A stretch of 64,000 nt of DNA from Isurus oxyrinchus. Its lineage: Eukaryota. The stretch covers positions 3,844,001 through 3,908,000 of the forward strand of contig JANJGN010000041.1 in the NCBI GenBank assembly GCA_026770705.1, in the 5' to 3' direction. The notes under the pieces were generated by a model. The model worked only from the letters and a program-made list of their open reading frames with translations. It had not been told where the DNA came from and ran no database searches. The translations under genes were made by a program, and so were the position numbers. The stretch's first letter is position 1. Each line of letters opens with the position of its first letter. Below, piece by piece: positions 1-13,559 of the stretch.

Positions 1-479
1 ATCAGTAACGATTTGATACCCAATATCGCTCTGCGTGTTAATCATTTCCAGCCGCACCTATCCACTATGGGACCTACCCGTGCTCTTTAAAATATAGCCC
101 CTTCCATTGTATAGACCGCAAACTTCATTCCAATGTTGGCCATTTCACTTCGAAATGGTGTCTTTCAGAAGGAGAATGACTGACGTAAACTGTTTGTTCA
201 ATGACTGAAACTAATTGATTTCTTTTGGGGACATGAATGCGCTCATGGGGATTTATCTGCTGCCTATATAACAGTTTCTCTGAATGTCACATTTCATGTT
301 TTCCAAAAGGCTCGGTGTGTCTCTTTCTACAGGAGTTAGCGCTTCTCCCCAAGGATATAATTTGCTCTACTTCATCAGATATGGGCCATTTACAAACCCA
401 TTCTTGAAGTTCTTATTTTCCAATGAACGTTTATTAACATGCTCTCGGACTAACAATGTGAATTTCTGTCCTTCTTTAG

Positions 480-750
480 TTTCATGAATGAGGGTAACGC
501 TTGAAAGGCCTGTATTGCCCATCTCTAATTCTACTTGTGAAGTGGGTGTTGAGCTGCTGCGATCTTTGTGGTGTAGTTACATCCACGTTCTTATTCGGGG
601 GGGATCCATTAACTTGACATGGAGACAGTAAAGGAATGGCAATAGTTTTCCAAACCAGGGCATTGAGTGGCTTGGAGAGGGACGATCAGCGAGTGGCGTT
701 CCCATGTTCATGTTGCCTTTGCCTTTCTAGATCATTGCGGCTGTGTGTAT
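480..750 (-). mobile_element. 3' tail fragment of a CR1-clade LINE (second family in this window)
   Basis: Resembles the minus-strand tail at 54035-54310 (ttcatgaatg...attgcccatctctaatt...gagctgc...). Confidence 0.5.
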
Positions 751-1012
751 GATTAGTTAACTAAAGGGATTCATGTTCGCCAAATGTAACAGTTTTTCTC
801 TGTTCACTGCTACGATTGCTGTCGTGCCTGTTTTACCCTGTTACTCCAGATTAATTAACGTGGCATCTCCTCCCGAATCTCCTGTGATTTTAATGTGATT
901 CTCTTATTTTCCTGAACTGAATTTAAAGAAGAAGAGGGTTTCTACGTTTCAGCTCAGACATTCATTCCATATTCTGCATCGATCTCTGCAGGAAAGACAT
1001 CTCCTCATAAAG

Positions 1013-1082
1013 ATGGGAGAACTGATACTGCACCAGATAGAAGCCATTTACTATCCTATTCTCGCGGCCATTGGTGTTCCTG
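1013..1082 (+). CDS. Coding exon 1 of an intact GPR139/GPR142-like class A GPCR (MGELILHQIEAIYYPILAAIGVP)
   Basis: ATG at 1013 (aagATGG), 23 codons plus 1 nt, then the donor G|GTAAG at 1082/1083. It supplies the first half of TM1 that is missing from ORF 8874..9911, and the phase matches the acceptor at 8973. Confidence 0.9.
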
Positions 1083-1639
1083 GTAAGAGCATAAATACTA
1101 CCATTACCGGCATAGATGCATGTTGACGTTTTTCTCAAACGCTGGTTCCAATAACATGACGTCGTTTCTTTACTGCTGGGGAGCATCAAAGCAGTGATAT
1201 ATGTTTAACCATAACGATAACAGATTTCTTCCTGCTGCTTTACTTTATACTCGGTGGTATCCACTGCTGATAACCTATTATTGCTTTATTGAATGTTATG
1301 TCACAGGGTGGGCTCTACAATAATTATCATCATCAAGCACAAACCGAATTTCAACTTTTAGAAAATACAATCTCTGAAAATCTGTGCAGGAGAAAATTTG
1401 CATTCTGCAAAATTCTGCTTGAAATACTTGAACCTTTTGTTCATGATTTTCATCAATTTTCCAATATTTAGTGGAACAGAATCCCTGAAGAAAACATATG
1501 CTTATTACCACAGCGATCCTTTTGCAAATCTGGATGCAGAAAGGATATCGGGAAGTCTGGCTGAAACACATTACCGTGTGTGCTGAATACATTCCGACTG
1601 TCTATTGAAATACATTCATTTCTGCAGCCTCATTTATTG

Positions 1640-2025
1640 AGCACCTCAATAAATTTACATGAAGTGTAGTCACTTAAGTAATGAAAAAGATGACAGGCAA
1701 TTTTTGTTCCGGAAGCTTCCACAAGCAGCAAGTTGATAATGACCAGATGATCCTTTTTTGTGCTTTAGCAGAGGTTTAAATAGTGGTCATGACGCAAGGG
1801 GCTATGACAATGTTGTTCAGCGAAATAGTGGCATGGAATCTTTGACGTTTAACCTGTGAATCGAATTGACATCTGTTCTGAAAGTTATTACATCCAATAA
1901 TGCAGAACTACTTCACTACGGCAATGGATAATTAGCCGAGAATTTTGATCTCAAGAACTTACGCCGGACTTAAGTAATCAAACATCTATCTCAGCACGTG
2001 GTTTGCTAACTGAGACATAAGTGGT
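1640..2025 (-). mobile_element. DeuSINE (SacSINE1/AmnSINE1-like), decayed, in GPCR intron 1
   Basis: Reverse complement resembles the Deu domain as recalled: gaagtgtagtcac...gataatgaccagat...aaatagtggcatggaatctttgacgt. Confidence 0.7.
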
Positions 2026-2249
2026 CCGATTTCGGAAGACGTACGCTCCCCGAGTAGATATCTGGTTCTCATTATTCTGCTCATTTCAATTTCTAGCCCT
2101 GCACTTCCTGCTGTTGAAAACGCTGCTTCAAAATCTAACTGAATTACACTGAGAATTGGAGTGGAGTGATAGTAAGAATTGTCGGACTGCCCTGTGGCTT
2201 TGGGAAACTCACATTGTCACGATACATGGTGGCCCTGACAGAGGGCCAG

Positions 2250-2760
2250 AGGAGCATAGGAAATACGAGTAGAAGTCAACAATTTGGCAGCACGAGGGTG
2301 CTCCACTGCTCAAGTATACCATGGCTGAAATTATGCCTCCGCGATATTCCATGCATTTCATACCTTTGTGTGCATTTAATATTTAGAATTCGGTTCATCA
2401 GCACTTTCAACATATTCAAAGACTGCCCGTCAGCCGAGGTTTCCGTATATAAGTTGGAACATTTAACCTTACCTGAGTGATGAAATTCTTCCTCATCTCA
2501 GTTCCAAATTGCAGACCTTTTATTCTGATATTGCTTTTCCTGGTTTTAGACACACCCGCTAGATGAAACATCCATTAAAGATCTACACCGCTGAAACTTA
2601 TAAGAATGGTGAATGCTTCAGAGAGATCACTTCTGATTGGTAAAAGCTCCAGAAAGCAGAAGATGAGTCTCGTCAATGTCTCCACACAGGATAACGCCAG
2701 TTAAGTACCAGTACCCAAGAAGTATTCTGTTTAACATTCCTTATCGCAGAGCTAGAACAA
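2250..2760 (-). mobile_element. CR1 LINE 3' fragment
   Basis: Starts with the reverse-complemented CR1 tail (cataggaaatacgagtagaagt...) and includes gaaattcttcctcatctcagt, similar to the copies at 42430 and 43868. Confidence 0.6.
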
Positions 2761-3639
2761 CAACTAATGAAATCTACACCAAAGGAGTAAAGTAGAATGT
2801 TTGAAAGCACCACAAACATCACCATAAAGAATCCACATGAAAATTACAAAGTTGGTTATACGCTGGGCTTTGGTTACAATTTGTGGCTGTGCACAAATCA
2901 GCTCCAGCTGATGGTCCACAGTCCCTTGTAAATGCAGATTTTTTAGTTCTTTATCAAGGTGAATCCTACCCCATTTAGCACAATGGTTGCATCACAAAAT
3001 TGCGGTGGATGGAAGCCCCGATATGAGGGCGGAATTAGTCTGTACGAGGACCATGCCCAGGTCAATCTAATCAAGCATTGAATAGACAGATGGACATTTA
3101 GTGGGCAGGTTGGTGGAGCAAATTCAATAAGCTTTTTGCACCTGGTTCTTTCCCTGACCACCTGCCAAAGACCCTGTCTAGCACTTAACTTTATGACTCT
3201 GCCAGCTCGGTCATTAGTGGAGCTACCAATCCTTTCTTGCTCACAGACAACGAGGTCCCCGACGTAACTCACTTTTTTTTTCTTGTCACTCCCCAAAACG
3301 TCGGCCATTAATGATCATTAATTCATCCGCTGAGGGGAACGGTAGGTGGTCACCAGGAGAGGACATTCATTGCCCATGTGATGTCATGAGATTTCATGTA
3401 ATTACCACGTGCTCTGAAATGGTGCACACTGAAAGTGTTGCAACATGGTGCTTAGGAAAGCAGTAATGCAATTGAGCACAAGAAATTGGATGGTTGATTC
3501 AACTTTTACATAAGATTATTTCACTCAGATGTTTGCTGATGATTGATAAGAACTTTAAAAGCAGTAAGAGGAATTATTCAGTTAGGAATAAAAAGCTTGA
3601 TTCATTAAGTTTAAGAATATTTGCAAATCAAGAAGTCTT

Positions 3640-4310
3640 CTTTGTCCAGGATTAAGTCAATATCCTTGAAGTCTCTTGGAGCGTAAATCATCTGGACAGG
3701 TGTAGCTTATCCCATCACACTCCTGATTTGTGTATATCAGATGGAGGAAAGGTTTTGTAGAGTAAGGAGTTTCATTGCTCAACATAGTAAGCTCAGATTC
3801 TGACCAGCCCTTTTAGTCGCAATTTCTTGTCAATGGTTTTTCCAAGGATGTTGAAAATGGGGCCTGAAGCCTGTACATCAGCCTGTTTCTTCAGTCATTC
3901 CTTCAATTCAAGTGCTGAGAATCGCATTGTATAAAGACTGGCATCTGGGATGCTTGTCATCCATAGGAGGAGATCGGAATGGTGCATCCACCCGTTACTT
4001 CAGGGTGAATGTGGCTGCAAGTTCTACAGCCATGTATATGCAGTGGTTCGCTGCACTCCACAGTCATTGCCGATGGGGATATTGGTGGAAGCGGTCCAAA
4101 AGTGAGGTGCAGAACTTTCCACGACCATTGAAGTCTTGTGTGACAGGACTTCAGAGCTGAGCTATCGTTATTTGCTTGGAGGATGATGGAGCTCTGTCTC
4201 TCTCATGCTGAATACGCTGTTTTGCCTGCAAGTAGCCCTGTCTTACAATTCACCCGGTTAAGCCCTGTAGTTAGGTATGATCGCTGCTGATGTGGACATA
4301 TGACAGATGT
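3640..4310 (-). mobile_element. CR1-clade LINE ORF2 fragment (second family)
   Basis: cccatcacactcctga matches the motif at 54531-54547 (RSVMEY region of the RT C-terminus). A separate plus-strand tail of the same family follows at about 4330-4610. Confidence 0.5.
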
Positions 4311-6428
4311 TGACAAAGTTCCTTCATTTGTGCATTTGACCTCGAAAGCCTGGAAGGACTAGTGCAGAAGTGGCATGGGAACACTATTCGTTAGAAAATC
4401 CTTTCCAAGTCACACACCAAGCTGACTTGGAGAGACATAACATTTCCCTGACTGTCACTGGATCTAAAACCTGGAAATCCACCGCTCGAAGCATTGTGTC
4501 TGCACCAGCTTGACATGGACTGCAACATTACAAAACCTTATTTTCAACGGGGATTCGTGAAAATGGAAGTAAAAGTGCAATTCTTGTCAATGTATCCAAA
4601 GAAAAGAAAATGTTGCATGATGACGAATCTATGACTATTGATAGCCTTTTTGTATTGAAATGACGGCCCTGGCTGCTTCTTCTGTTCCCACTCAACAAAG
4701 ATTATCTACAAAATCAATGTTTAAATACGAATTATATCTGGAGTACACTGGCCCCTAACTGAGAACGTATATTTTGATTTCAGTCCTCAATATTAAATCT
4801 TAAACCAGAAGGATTGCCTGGAATTTTCGTCCACACATCGCCCCCTCGCGTCCCAAGCCCCAAATTCCCCACTCTCCAACAGCCATCGCCCACAAAAATG
4901 CCGAATCCGCGCAAAGAACATTGACTTGCATCGTGTATGATGACGTCACGTACTTGAATCTCCCAGATGCAGCTGGAGAACAGGCGGGCCCACCTTTTCC
5001 AAGTTAGTAATTAGCAAGTTATTGAGCTTGTGTATGACACAATCATATGTTTTTTTTCATTGGTGCTCTGCACTTACCGTGGCCCAGAGGAGAGAGAAAA
5101 AAATATTTCTGGGCAGCTACCATCAGGCGAGTATCGCGAGGAAGACAAGTTATGCCTCCGGGACCATGATTGAATGTAGCAACGGCTTGTGCTGGTGAAG
5201 CCTTCATGTTTACTTTTCAGGTTTTTATTTTTTGCCTGAGCTTTCAGGGAAAATTATTTTTTGAAAATCAGTTTCTGAGAGCAAGTGATCTTGACCTTGC
5301 AGCCATACCGACTTGCTGCTTACAGTATTACTCTCTGCCACATGCTGTTCAGGCTTTCACTGCCGATTGGACGTGTCCCCACTTTGCATCACTCAATGCC
5401 TCCTCCAAGTGGGAATTTAATGAATTGCGGAGCGGGAGATGGTCTAAGGGAGGGTGAGTAGGAAAGAGCTAATTTTGCATTTCTCCAATCTCATGCTGCC
5501 CCCAAATGTAAAATCCAGACCGCTCTCTACTTATTGTATTGTTTCTTAATGATCTTAAATCACGTTTAGCGGTTTGAACATGCGCCGGAAGATTTCTGTC
5601 ACTTCTCTAGAGTAACTGTTGCTGTCGAGCCTGCAGCAATGTGCCATACACACAAACACACTTCAGTGGATCACACTCGGAGTAGTGTTCGCCACAGCAT
5701 TCACAAATTCACTGAAATGAATTAATCCTTAATGATCTGTTTTGAATGCAAAATATGCCATAGAAAATTGTTGTTTTGTTCTTAAATTGCGAATATAACA
5801 TTGCTGTTAAAGTGCTATGGATTTGGGACCGTGGAGGAAACTCCATTGCTCTGTCGTTCTTCACACTCAGGTAACGAGTCTGCAGAAACGACACCAAGAG
5901 GCCCATGAACTGAAGTGCACTGCACCTGCTCCAGGTTCCTTTTCCTAAACACCAAAGCAATAACAGGTCAGAAGCAGATTGCAGTTGCAGAGAGCAATGG
6001 GTCCTTCTGTCGCGTTTATACATGTTGATTTCTCTAATTTATTTATCAGGGAATAATGTTCATAATATATTTGATGACGGTATTCTTAATTTGCTAGCTA
6101 AATAGTTGATAATGGATTGAATAGGTCACTATTTCTTCAGTTGATCATTGAATGGTTCATTTCTGGGGCATTTCAACGTTCAATTCGGAGGAAAATTCTG
6201 GGAATATACTGATAATTTATTGAATAATAGTTTTGATAATTAATTTGTTCAAACATTGGCTGCTTCATTACACAATTGTTTAAATTACTGTATTTTTAAA
6301 GCCCTTTCCTTGTTTACAGTGCTGGCCAGCAGAGTTTCAAGTGCTGATAATTTGACTAAGAATCTTTGTATAATTCACAATAGTGCACGGATAATTATGC
6401 CTCTCAGTTTAAATGCACGTCATTATAG

Positions 6429-6430
<2 letters not shown>

Positions 6431-6460
<30 letters not shown>
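6431..6460. repeat. (AT)15 microsatellite
   Basis: Direct observation. Confidence 0.95.
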
Positions 6461-6463
<3 letters not shown>

Positions 6464-8973
6464 GTTTGATCAAATAATAATAGGTATTGGGTAAATGAAG
6501 GTCAATTTTAATTTTTAACAATTACTTCAAGCTGCAATTGTGTCAAAAAAGCTTTGATTAATAATGCTTCCATCTTTTCCAGTGTATCCTACATGGTCAA
6601 CAGAAACTCAAACCTTAATTTTTTATCAATTGCCTGGCGTTTTCAGTGTTGTTTTTGATTTTCTTTGACAGCTCCATTAAGGCAATGACTGTTTGCTGCT
6701 TGCATTCGAGTTAGAAAACTGTGAATCGAAGGTTGCCAAGTGGGCTGTGTATTTAACGCAAATAGGTTTTTTTTGTTTGTGTGGTCAAAGCTTGCCAACT
6801 TACAATCTGATCCAAAAATGTAAAGACGCTGTTTATCTTTATCCGACTAATTTGTTTTTCATCATTCAACGTTCATCTGAATCATTAACCAACAACTTAC
6901 TGAAATAATATGATCCAAAATGTTACTTCACCACCCCGTTAACAGACGTTCAATGCATTGTTTTTCAATAAGTTCAAGTTTGCGAAAACTCTCCGTTCAG
7001 TCTGCACCATGTTGCATAGCCATGAAACCAGTTGGTACTTGAAATAACTCTCTACCTACTCGTCCCATTATTTTGAGAATGTGCATTTTCCATTCCCTAT
7101 TCTGTGCCTCACGAATCTGACCAGAGATTTCAGTTGGAAGGCGATTCAGCACCATTGTCACAGCCATGTCATCCTATCCTATAGCATCACCACCTGAACT
7201 ACAACGAAAATTTCAGCAGCGATCCGATTTCCTACTTGCGATAATAATTCAGGCTAGTGTTATTTACCTTGCTTTAAAATGCAGGAATTAATTTAGTAAA
7301 TGTGCGCATCAAGTTGCTACATATCTGGCAGCTAAAAATTAGATTCACTTAGAAAATCTATTCTTCAAAATTCAAGTGGACCTTTACTAAGTAAACAACA
7401 GAAATCGTAATGCAATCTGTGAGTCACGTCAATTTCGCTTGAATTGTATAAATCATTTAATTTAATCCGTATAAATGTCTGTCTGAAGTTAATCTTCTGC
7501 AGAATAATGCACCATTGAATATCTTGGCCTATTCCCTAAAAAGGATCCTGCATTTTGAAAAAAAAAGCGATATGGATTTTAACAAATAAGGCAACCGTTT
7601 TATGAGCCTGCCCAATCTGAAATGAATTCAAACATGGGGCTGGTAGGAGTTAGGTGTTTATCGTCACGTATTGGACAATTTGTAATTTCATTTTTCTGAA
7701 CATCTATTAGTCTACAGAATCAAATCGATGTGCCCTTCACTGTCAATCGTTATCCCGCACTTTGTGCCCAGCAAAAATCAATTTTCAGCTTCACATTTAA
7801 AATCACTTCACACGGATGCTGTGCTTGGGACGCAAGCGTCTCCCTCCTGACCTTTCAGCAACTAAGTGATTTGTTTTGCAGCCGATCAATTATTGGGAAC
7901 TCTGTCCTGTCCACTTGGAAGCAAAACACTAGTTATGACGTCGCTAGGATCACATCTCCGAATGGCTCAGTAACTTTGCTTTGCAAGAAATGTGCCCCTA
8001 TGGCCAATAAATATTGCACACTCAATCTGATAGCAAAGTCACCCTTCCCAATCAGCAATTAAAATGCCCTCTTTTTCAGTACTGAATGCACCCATTCTGC
8101 GTAGCAATGTTGTTTTACTCGTTCTGCAATAAATTAGCGATTCATTCACATGAAATATTCACGATGCCCAGCCAGCATATCAATCGCAGTTTACTCAGTC
8201 TAACGTAAAGCACATGACTGATCAGATCTCATCCTTGAATAAAACTTCTCCCTGGGAACCTGCATAAGAACGTCACCTAATACTGATTGCCATTGTACCA
8301 CACCTCTGATGACACCTGTGTAAAATTGCGTTCAGCCTTATCTATGCTGGTCTTTTATGTAGCTCAGTGACCATTTTCTGGTCCTTTGCCTTTACCATTT
8401 CATCTTTACTCTCACAAGCGTTCAAAGTCTGTTCGTGCCGCTGGGCAATATCTTACCTTCAAGCTGCAGGTCCTGTAGCACAGTAAACCTTCCCAGTACT
8501 TATTCACATCTATAGACCACCCAGCACGCATTTCACCACTCCCTCCTCCAGTGTATATCTCTTCCAGGCCGAGATTCCATTTTGTGCATTAATTTCTCCA
8601 CTTCACATTGTACCAACACATAAGAGTTGACTCTGTAGACCTCCCCCTTGCCTTTTAATATTCACCATTCCCATTTGTTTGTGCGTAATCAATTTTTCCA
8701 GGTCACATTCGCCCTCAGCAACCTCAATCGTTATTATACAATTGTTGTCCAGTTTACATTGAAGATGTTGCTTTCAAACGACGAAGTATCAAATGGTGTT
8801 TATCGTCCCTATCAAATTTAAGTAGGTCCAGTTTACATTTAGAACATGCTCGCCTCGGAAAGCAGACTGTGCATTGTTTGGTCAAATGAACGATCCTTTG
8901 CTGCAACAGGAAGAAAATTATTCACGTTCATCCATGTCATCTATCTCCTGCTCTCTCTATCCCTCTCTTACAG

Positions 8974-9911
8974 TTAATGTTGTTGCGATTGTGATTCTTT
9001 CACGAGGAAAATGTGGCCTTTCCAAAGGTATTACCCAGTATATGATCGCCATGGCTGTTGCAGATCTCCTGGTTGTTTGTGCAGAAGTCATACTGAAGAA
9101 TATATTGGAAATTTATTTACCTGTTTCATTTCTGACCATGAGCACAATGTGCAATCTAACTGTGACTCTGACTTATGTAGTCACATCAGCCTCTCTCTGG
9201 TTCACAGTGGTGTTCACCTTCGATCGTTTTGTGGTCATATGCTGTAAGAAGCTACGAAAAAAATATTGCACGGAGACAACAGCGGTAGCTGTCATATCAG
9301 TAGTGAGTGTGTTGAGTTGTTTGATAAACATTCCCTGGTACTTCGCATTTGAACCTGCGTATATAATGGACAATGTAAATCATGGTTGTGTCGTAAAACA
9401 GACATTTTTCATTTCTGCTGAATGGGCCGTATTTGACATGTTTACACTTACATTGACCCCATGTGTTCCATTCATTCTAATTTTGCTGCTAAATGCTTTG
9501 ACGGCAAGACGTATTTTGGTGGCCAGTAAAGTTCGCAGGGGTCTCCGCAGTTGCAGCAATGGAGAACATCACAAGGATTCTGAAATAGAAAGCCGAAGAA
9601 CATCCATTATTTTACTCTTCAGTATAACCGGCAGCTTTATATTGCTCTGGACAACTCCGCTTATATATATTTTCTCACTGCGTGTAACCATCACATCAAA
9701 TTCTGGCACAAATGAGCTTGAGTCAGTTGGATCCATGCTTGGAATCCTCAGTTGCTGCACAAATACATTCATTTATGTGCTGACACAGGCTAAGTTTAGG
9801 GAGGAGCTGAAGAATGGAATGCAGTACCTTCTGAAACTGTGCGTAAACATAGGCAAATTACAGCTGCGAACACATTGTTCTTTACAGGAGGACAGAAACG
9901 TTGTGCCCTGA
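8974..9911 (+). CDS. Coding exon 2 of the intact GPR139/GPR142-like GPCR (TM1 end to C-terminus); spliced product 335 aa
   Basis: Polypyrimidine tract ctctctctatccctctcttacAG ends at 8973; G+TT gives Val in frame. Motifs: N in TM1, AMAVADLLVV (TM2), C at the top of TM3, FTFDRFVVIC (DRY-like), ECL2 Cys (HGCVV), PCVPFILILLLN (TM5), FILLW (TM6), CCTNTFIY (TM7), helix 8 KFREEL. No stops or frameshifts. The ORF-track start at 8874 is intronic. Confidence 0.92.
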
Positions 9912-10066
9912 AAGAACTCATGTTAGCGAAATGCTTGTAAAAGCGTTTAAGCGCTCTGGATAATATAATATCCTCCTAAAAATGCTCATTTATGATATAA
10001 TGTCAAATTGGACTTTTCAAAGTATACTGTAATCAATGGTGAATTGTAAGTTGTGATAATAATAAG

Positions 10067-10072
10067 AATAAA
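10067..10072 (+). promoter_or_regulatory. Candidate polyadenylation signal AATAAA for the GPCR gene
   Basis: AATAAA about 155 bp after the stop codon, in an AT-rich stretch. Confidence 0.4.
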
Positions 10073-11449
10073 TAATAATAAAAATACAGAACGGCACCTG
10101 TTAGTGTTGCAGAGTTTAAAAGGGTCAAATCTGATGCCAGGTTCCCACAGTCTTCTGTTCATTGGAAGAGCTGTTCTGATCAACATGAGAATATCCGAAA
10201 CATCACCAGTACATGGGGGAATATTCAGAACAGGTTTTATGAAGTCTGGTACTCTCCAAATATCCAACAGTTGCACAATCAGCTGCTTCTCAGAGTTCCA
10301 AAGAACTCGCATGATTAAAACAAGGAAGGCCTGGTCATCAAGTGTTTTGTGAAAGGACGGGTATTGGCGCAATTGATCACTCATTCCCACGCTCCATAGG
10401 GCTGAGACGACTCCATATATTGTATTCAAATCTATTAAATCCAATTTTCCTACGATTCGTTTGAAAGCACTAATAGCTCATACTTGATTTTCCTCGATTA
10501 ATGAGGCTACCTCCTCTCCACATGCTCATTCACAACACTGTCTGTTGCATGTTTTCTGGTGCTTTCACACACACAGCCTCAAATAGCTGTGATCATATTT
10601 CTTTAATATGTTTGACTTGATAGCCATTCATCAATAACACGTGTGACGCTTCAACCAGGTACCTGCACGAATTCCCAGGCAAGAAACATCTGATCACACA
10701 TGGCCCTACCATCAAATTCCTTCTTTGTACACCTATGCATACTGAATTTGAAAAAAAATGTAATGTAATTCTTCTCGTCCCATATTCTTATCATTTACTT
10801 AGCTTAAATGCCGTTCGTAGAATGCAACCATAGATGGACTACAGCACAAAAGCAGACCATTTGTCCCTTCCTTTCCTTATTGTACCTCTTCTGGAAGATT
10901 CAACCGGTAGGCATTCCACCAAATACTCTCTGCTATCTGGGTCATTCGCTTTTCTCAGATATTAATCCGAAATCCTGTTGATCATTCTTAATTAACCACC
11001 CCAATCACCCAGTAAAATGATTGGCCAGAACAACTGCCAATTAAAACAGCATTAAATTGAAAACTACAACCGCTGCCCTTGAATAAATTCACGTTTAAAA
11101 CAAGACAGATTCGGTCATGGCATGAGTGGCACAGCTGGCAAGAAAAGCAATTATTGCCAATCTTTAATTGCTATTACAGCAAAGCATACGTGATCCTTCG
11201 TTTCAAGCAGCTACAGTGTTTCTGATGTCTTTGCAAAGGCTGCTTAGGGTCTTAATTATTAATTGCCCACTCAGCCGGCCCAGCTACCATTCTTTTCTAA
11301 ATGCTTGATCTGGCCTTTTGACAACTGCACTTTCTAAATAACCACCCGACCGCTCAGCTTCCAGTCCTTTTAGTTCCTCAAGGAACCGGAGTTTCGCAAA
11401 ATAGTGTCCGAGACTCAACTAAGTTTAGTTCCCTCAACAATGACCTCCT

Positions 11450-12360
11450 GTCGATCTTAAGTTCGGAAAAGGGAATGTTCGCTCATGGTTGCACAATGTT
11501 CAACACAATTCGTGATTCCTGAGATCATGAGGTTGTCCATTCCCAAATGCAGCATCTTCAGGCTTTGGCTGACATGTGGCCAAGGACGGTCACACCATAC
11601 AAGCAACTGGCAATGACTATCTCCAAAAGAAAAAATCAAGCCATCGCCCTTCAACGTCCAATGGCATTACCATCGCCCAAAGTCGCATTTGTAACATTCT
11701 AACGGATATCATTGACCAGAAACAACATAACTGGATTGGCCATATAAACATAACGTCTACCATTGCAGTTCAGATGCAAGGAATCCCGCGGCGAGTAACA
11801 TACTTCCTGACTCCCCAATTCCTTTCCACCATCTGCAAGGCACAAGATAGGATTATGCTGGTATACTCTTCACTTGCTTAGATGCGTGCAGCTTCAATAG
11901 CAGTCAAGAAGAATGATAAAATCTGGGACAAATCAGCCGTTGATTGACACCACATGAAAAAACGTTGACTCTCTCCACCACCGATGAACAATGGCATCAG
12001 GGTTTATTACCTGCAAGGTGCACTGCAGGAATTCTCGAAATCACCTTAGACATTACAGTCCAAGCCCACGACCACAACCATATGGAAGGATAATGGGCAG
12101 CAGGTGCATGGGAACACAATGCTTTGTAAGTTCCACTCCAAGCTACTCCCCAGCCTGATTTGAAATTATCTACCTGCCCCTTCATTGTTGTTGGGTCAAA
12201 TTCAATGGAACTCCATCCATAACTGCAGTATGGGTATAGGATTACCAGAGGGATTGAGGCGATTGAAGAAGGCAGCTAAGCAGCACGTTCTCTAGAGTAC
12301 GTACGTCTGGACACTAAATGTTGTGTGAACAATTGACGCCAACACCCTCTTAACGAATAA
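11450..12360 (+). mobile_element. CR1-clade LINE 3' end (second family)
   Basis: ORF 11576..11881 reads ...RRVTYFLTPQFLSTICKAQDRIMLVYSSLA, an RT C-terminal KAQVRSVMEYS-like motif; the tail ends near 12355. Confidence 0.7.
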
Positions 12361-13559
12361 TAATAAACTATCATTGTGTCTATGGCTACACAGTTACTGG
12401 GCATCCCATTTCTCTGTTCTAATATAGTTCTAATTGCATGCAATTGGCAAATGACCCCTCCCACTCCCACAACCCGCGCCTCTGTCCTCTTTAATGAGCC
12501 TAAATGTTCTTAAGCAGCCTTATCTGTGATAATTTGTCTATTAATATCTCAAAATCCTCTAGGGCATGTATTCTCTTCATTAATCTTCTCTGTTGTGATA
12601 TCAAAATGCAACTAGTTTGTTGAAGCATGTTCTTATTTTCAGGCATGGTGTTATAAACCATTGATCATTCTTAATTAAATTCAATAGTTTCCAATTCCTG
12701 GCTAGACTCTTGACAGTCAGGGCAGGTGTATTTACTCTTTTACTGCTGCAGCTGAACAGTGAGAGCAGAGATTGAGAGAGAGCTTGGAGCTGAGAACAAA
12801 CAGGTGATTTTTCTTTTAAGGGGTCGTTGAGGCGCGAGGGCAGAAATATAAAAAGAGCGGGAGCCGGGTTGCCAGAGGAGAGAATGAAAAAGAGCTAGAG
12901 GGAGATAGTCAAAGCCCAGATTAGAAAGTGGCTGTCCTCCCATAACGGAGTTCAAACTAATGCGAGCTAGATAATCAAAACACAGATTTAAAACTAAAAG
13001 GCACTCTTCTCCCAGAGCAGTGATTTATAAAAGTTCAGGATCTAAATAGCTAGAGCATACTTTAATAAGGAGCAGGAAGTATTAGCTAGGACACGGATGG
13101 GGTTGGAATTAACAAGTGAGGTTGATACGAATCCATTGCAATAGGACATGGAGAGTCTACCTGAATAGGCAGGGGATTAGCACAGGCAATTTAATGCGTT
13201 ACAATATAAAATCTTACAATTTGGCAGAAGGGGTAGTGAGGGGGAATAAAGACGCAATGTCACTGAATTTGATAGAATGGATGGACAAATGTGCATGGGC
13301 TTTGATCTTTGATTGTGGTAGACAGATCCTTGCCTCGGGTATGGAGAATTGCAGCGACAGCACCTGGCACCGTACTTTGGGGGAGGGATATGGACTGCAC
13401 TGGGTGAACTTTGAATATGGGCGACCTTTCATTTCTGAATAAGTTTGAAGGTGTCTGTTTAAGAGAAATAAATGAGCGCCCTATTCGTATTTCGGTTTCA
13501 ATGACTAGCACGATCAGAGACAGAGAAAATGGAGGAATGGTGCTCGGGTGTGGAGAAAA

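Noticed and set aside
4810-5520. Possible MITE with imperfect terminal inverted repeats (gcctggaattttc / gtaaaatccagac)
   Set aside because: The ends match too weakly and no target-site duplication was seen.
8874-8973. ORF-track N-terminus (MFGQMNDPLL...) of the GPCR
   Set aside because: Intronic read-through; a clear acceptor at 8973 and a matching upstream exon give a complete TM1.
9986-10444. 152-aa minus ORF overlapping a 99-aa plus ORF downstream of the receptor
   Set aside because: No recognisable motif and a non-ATG start; an ORF of this length can arise by chance in 64 kb. A BLASTx would settle it.
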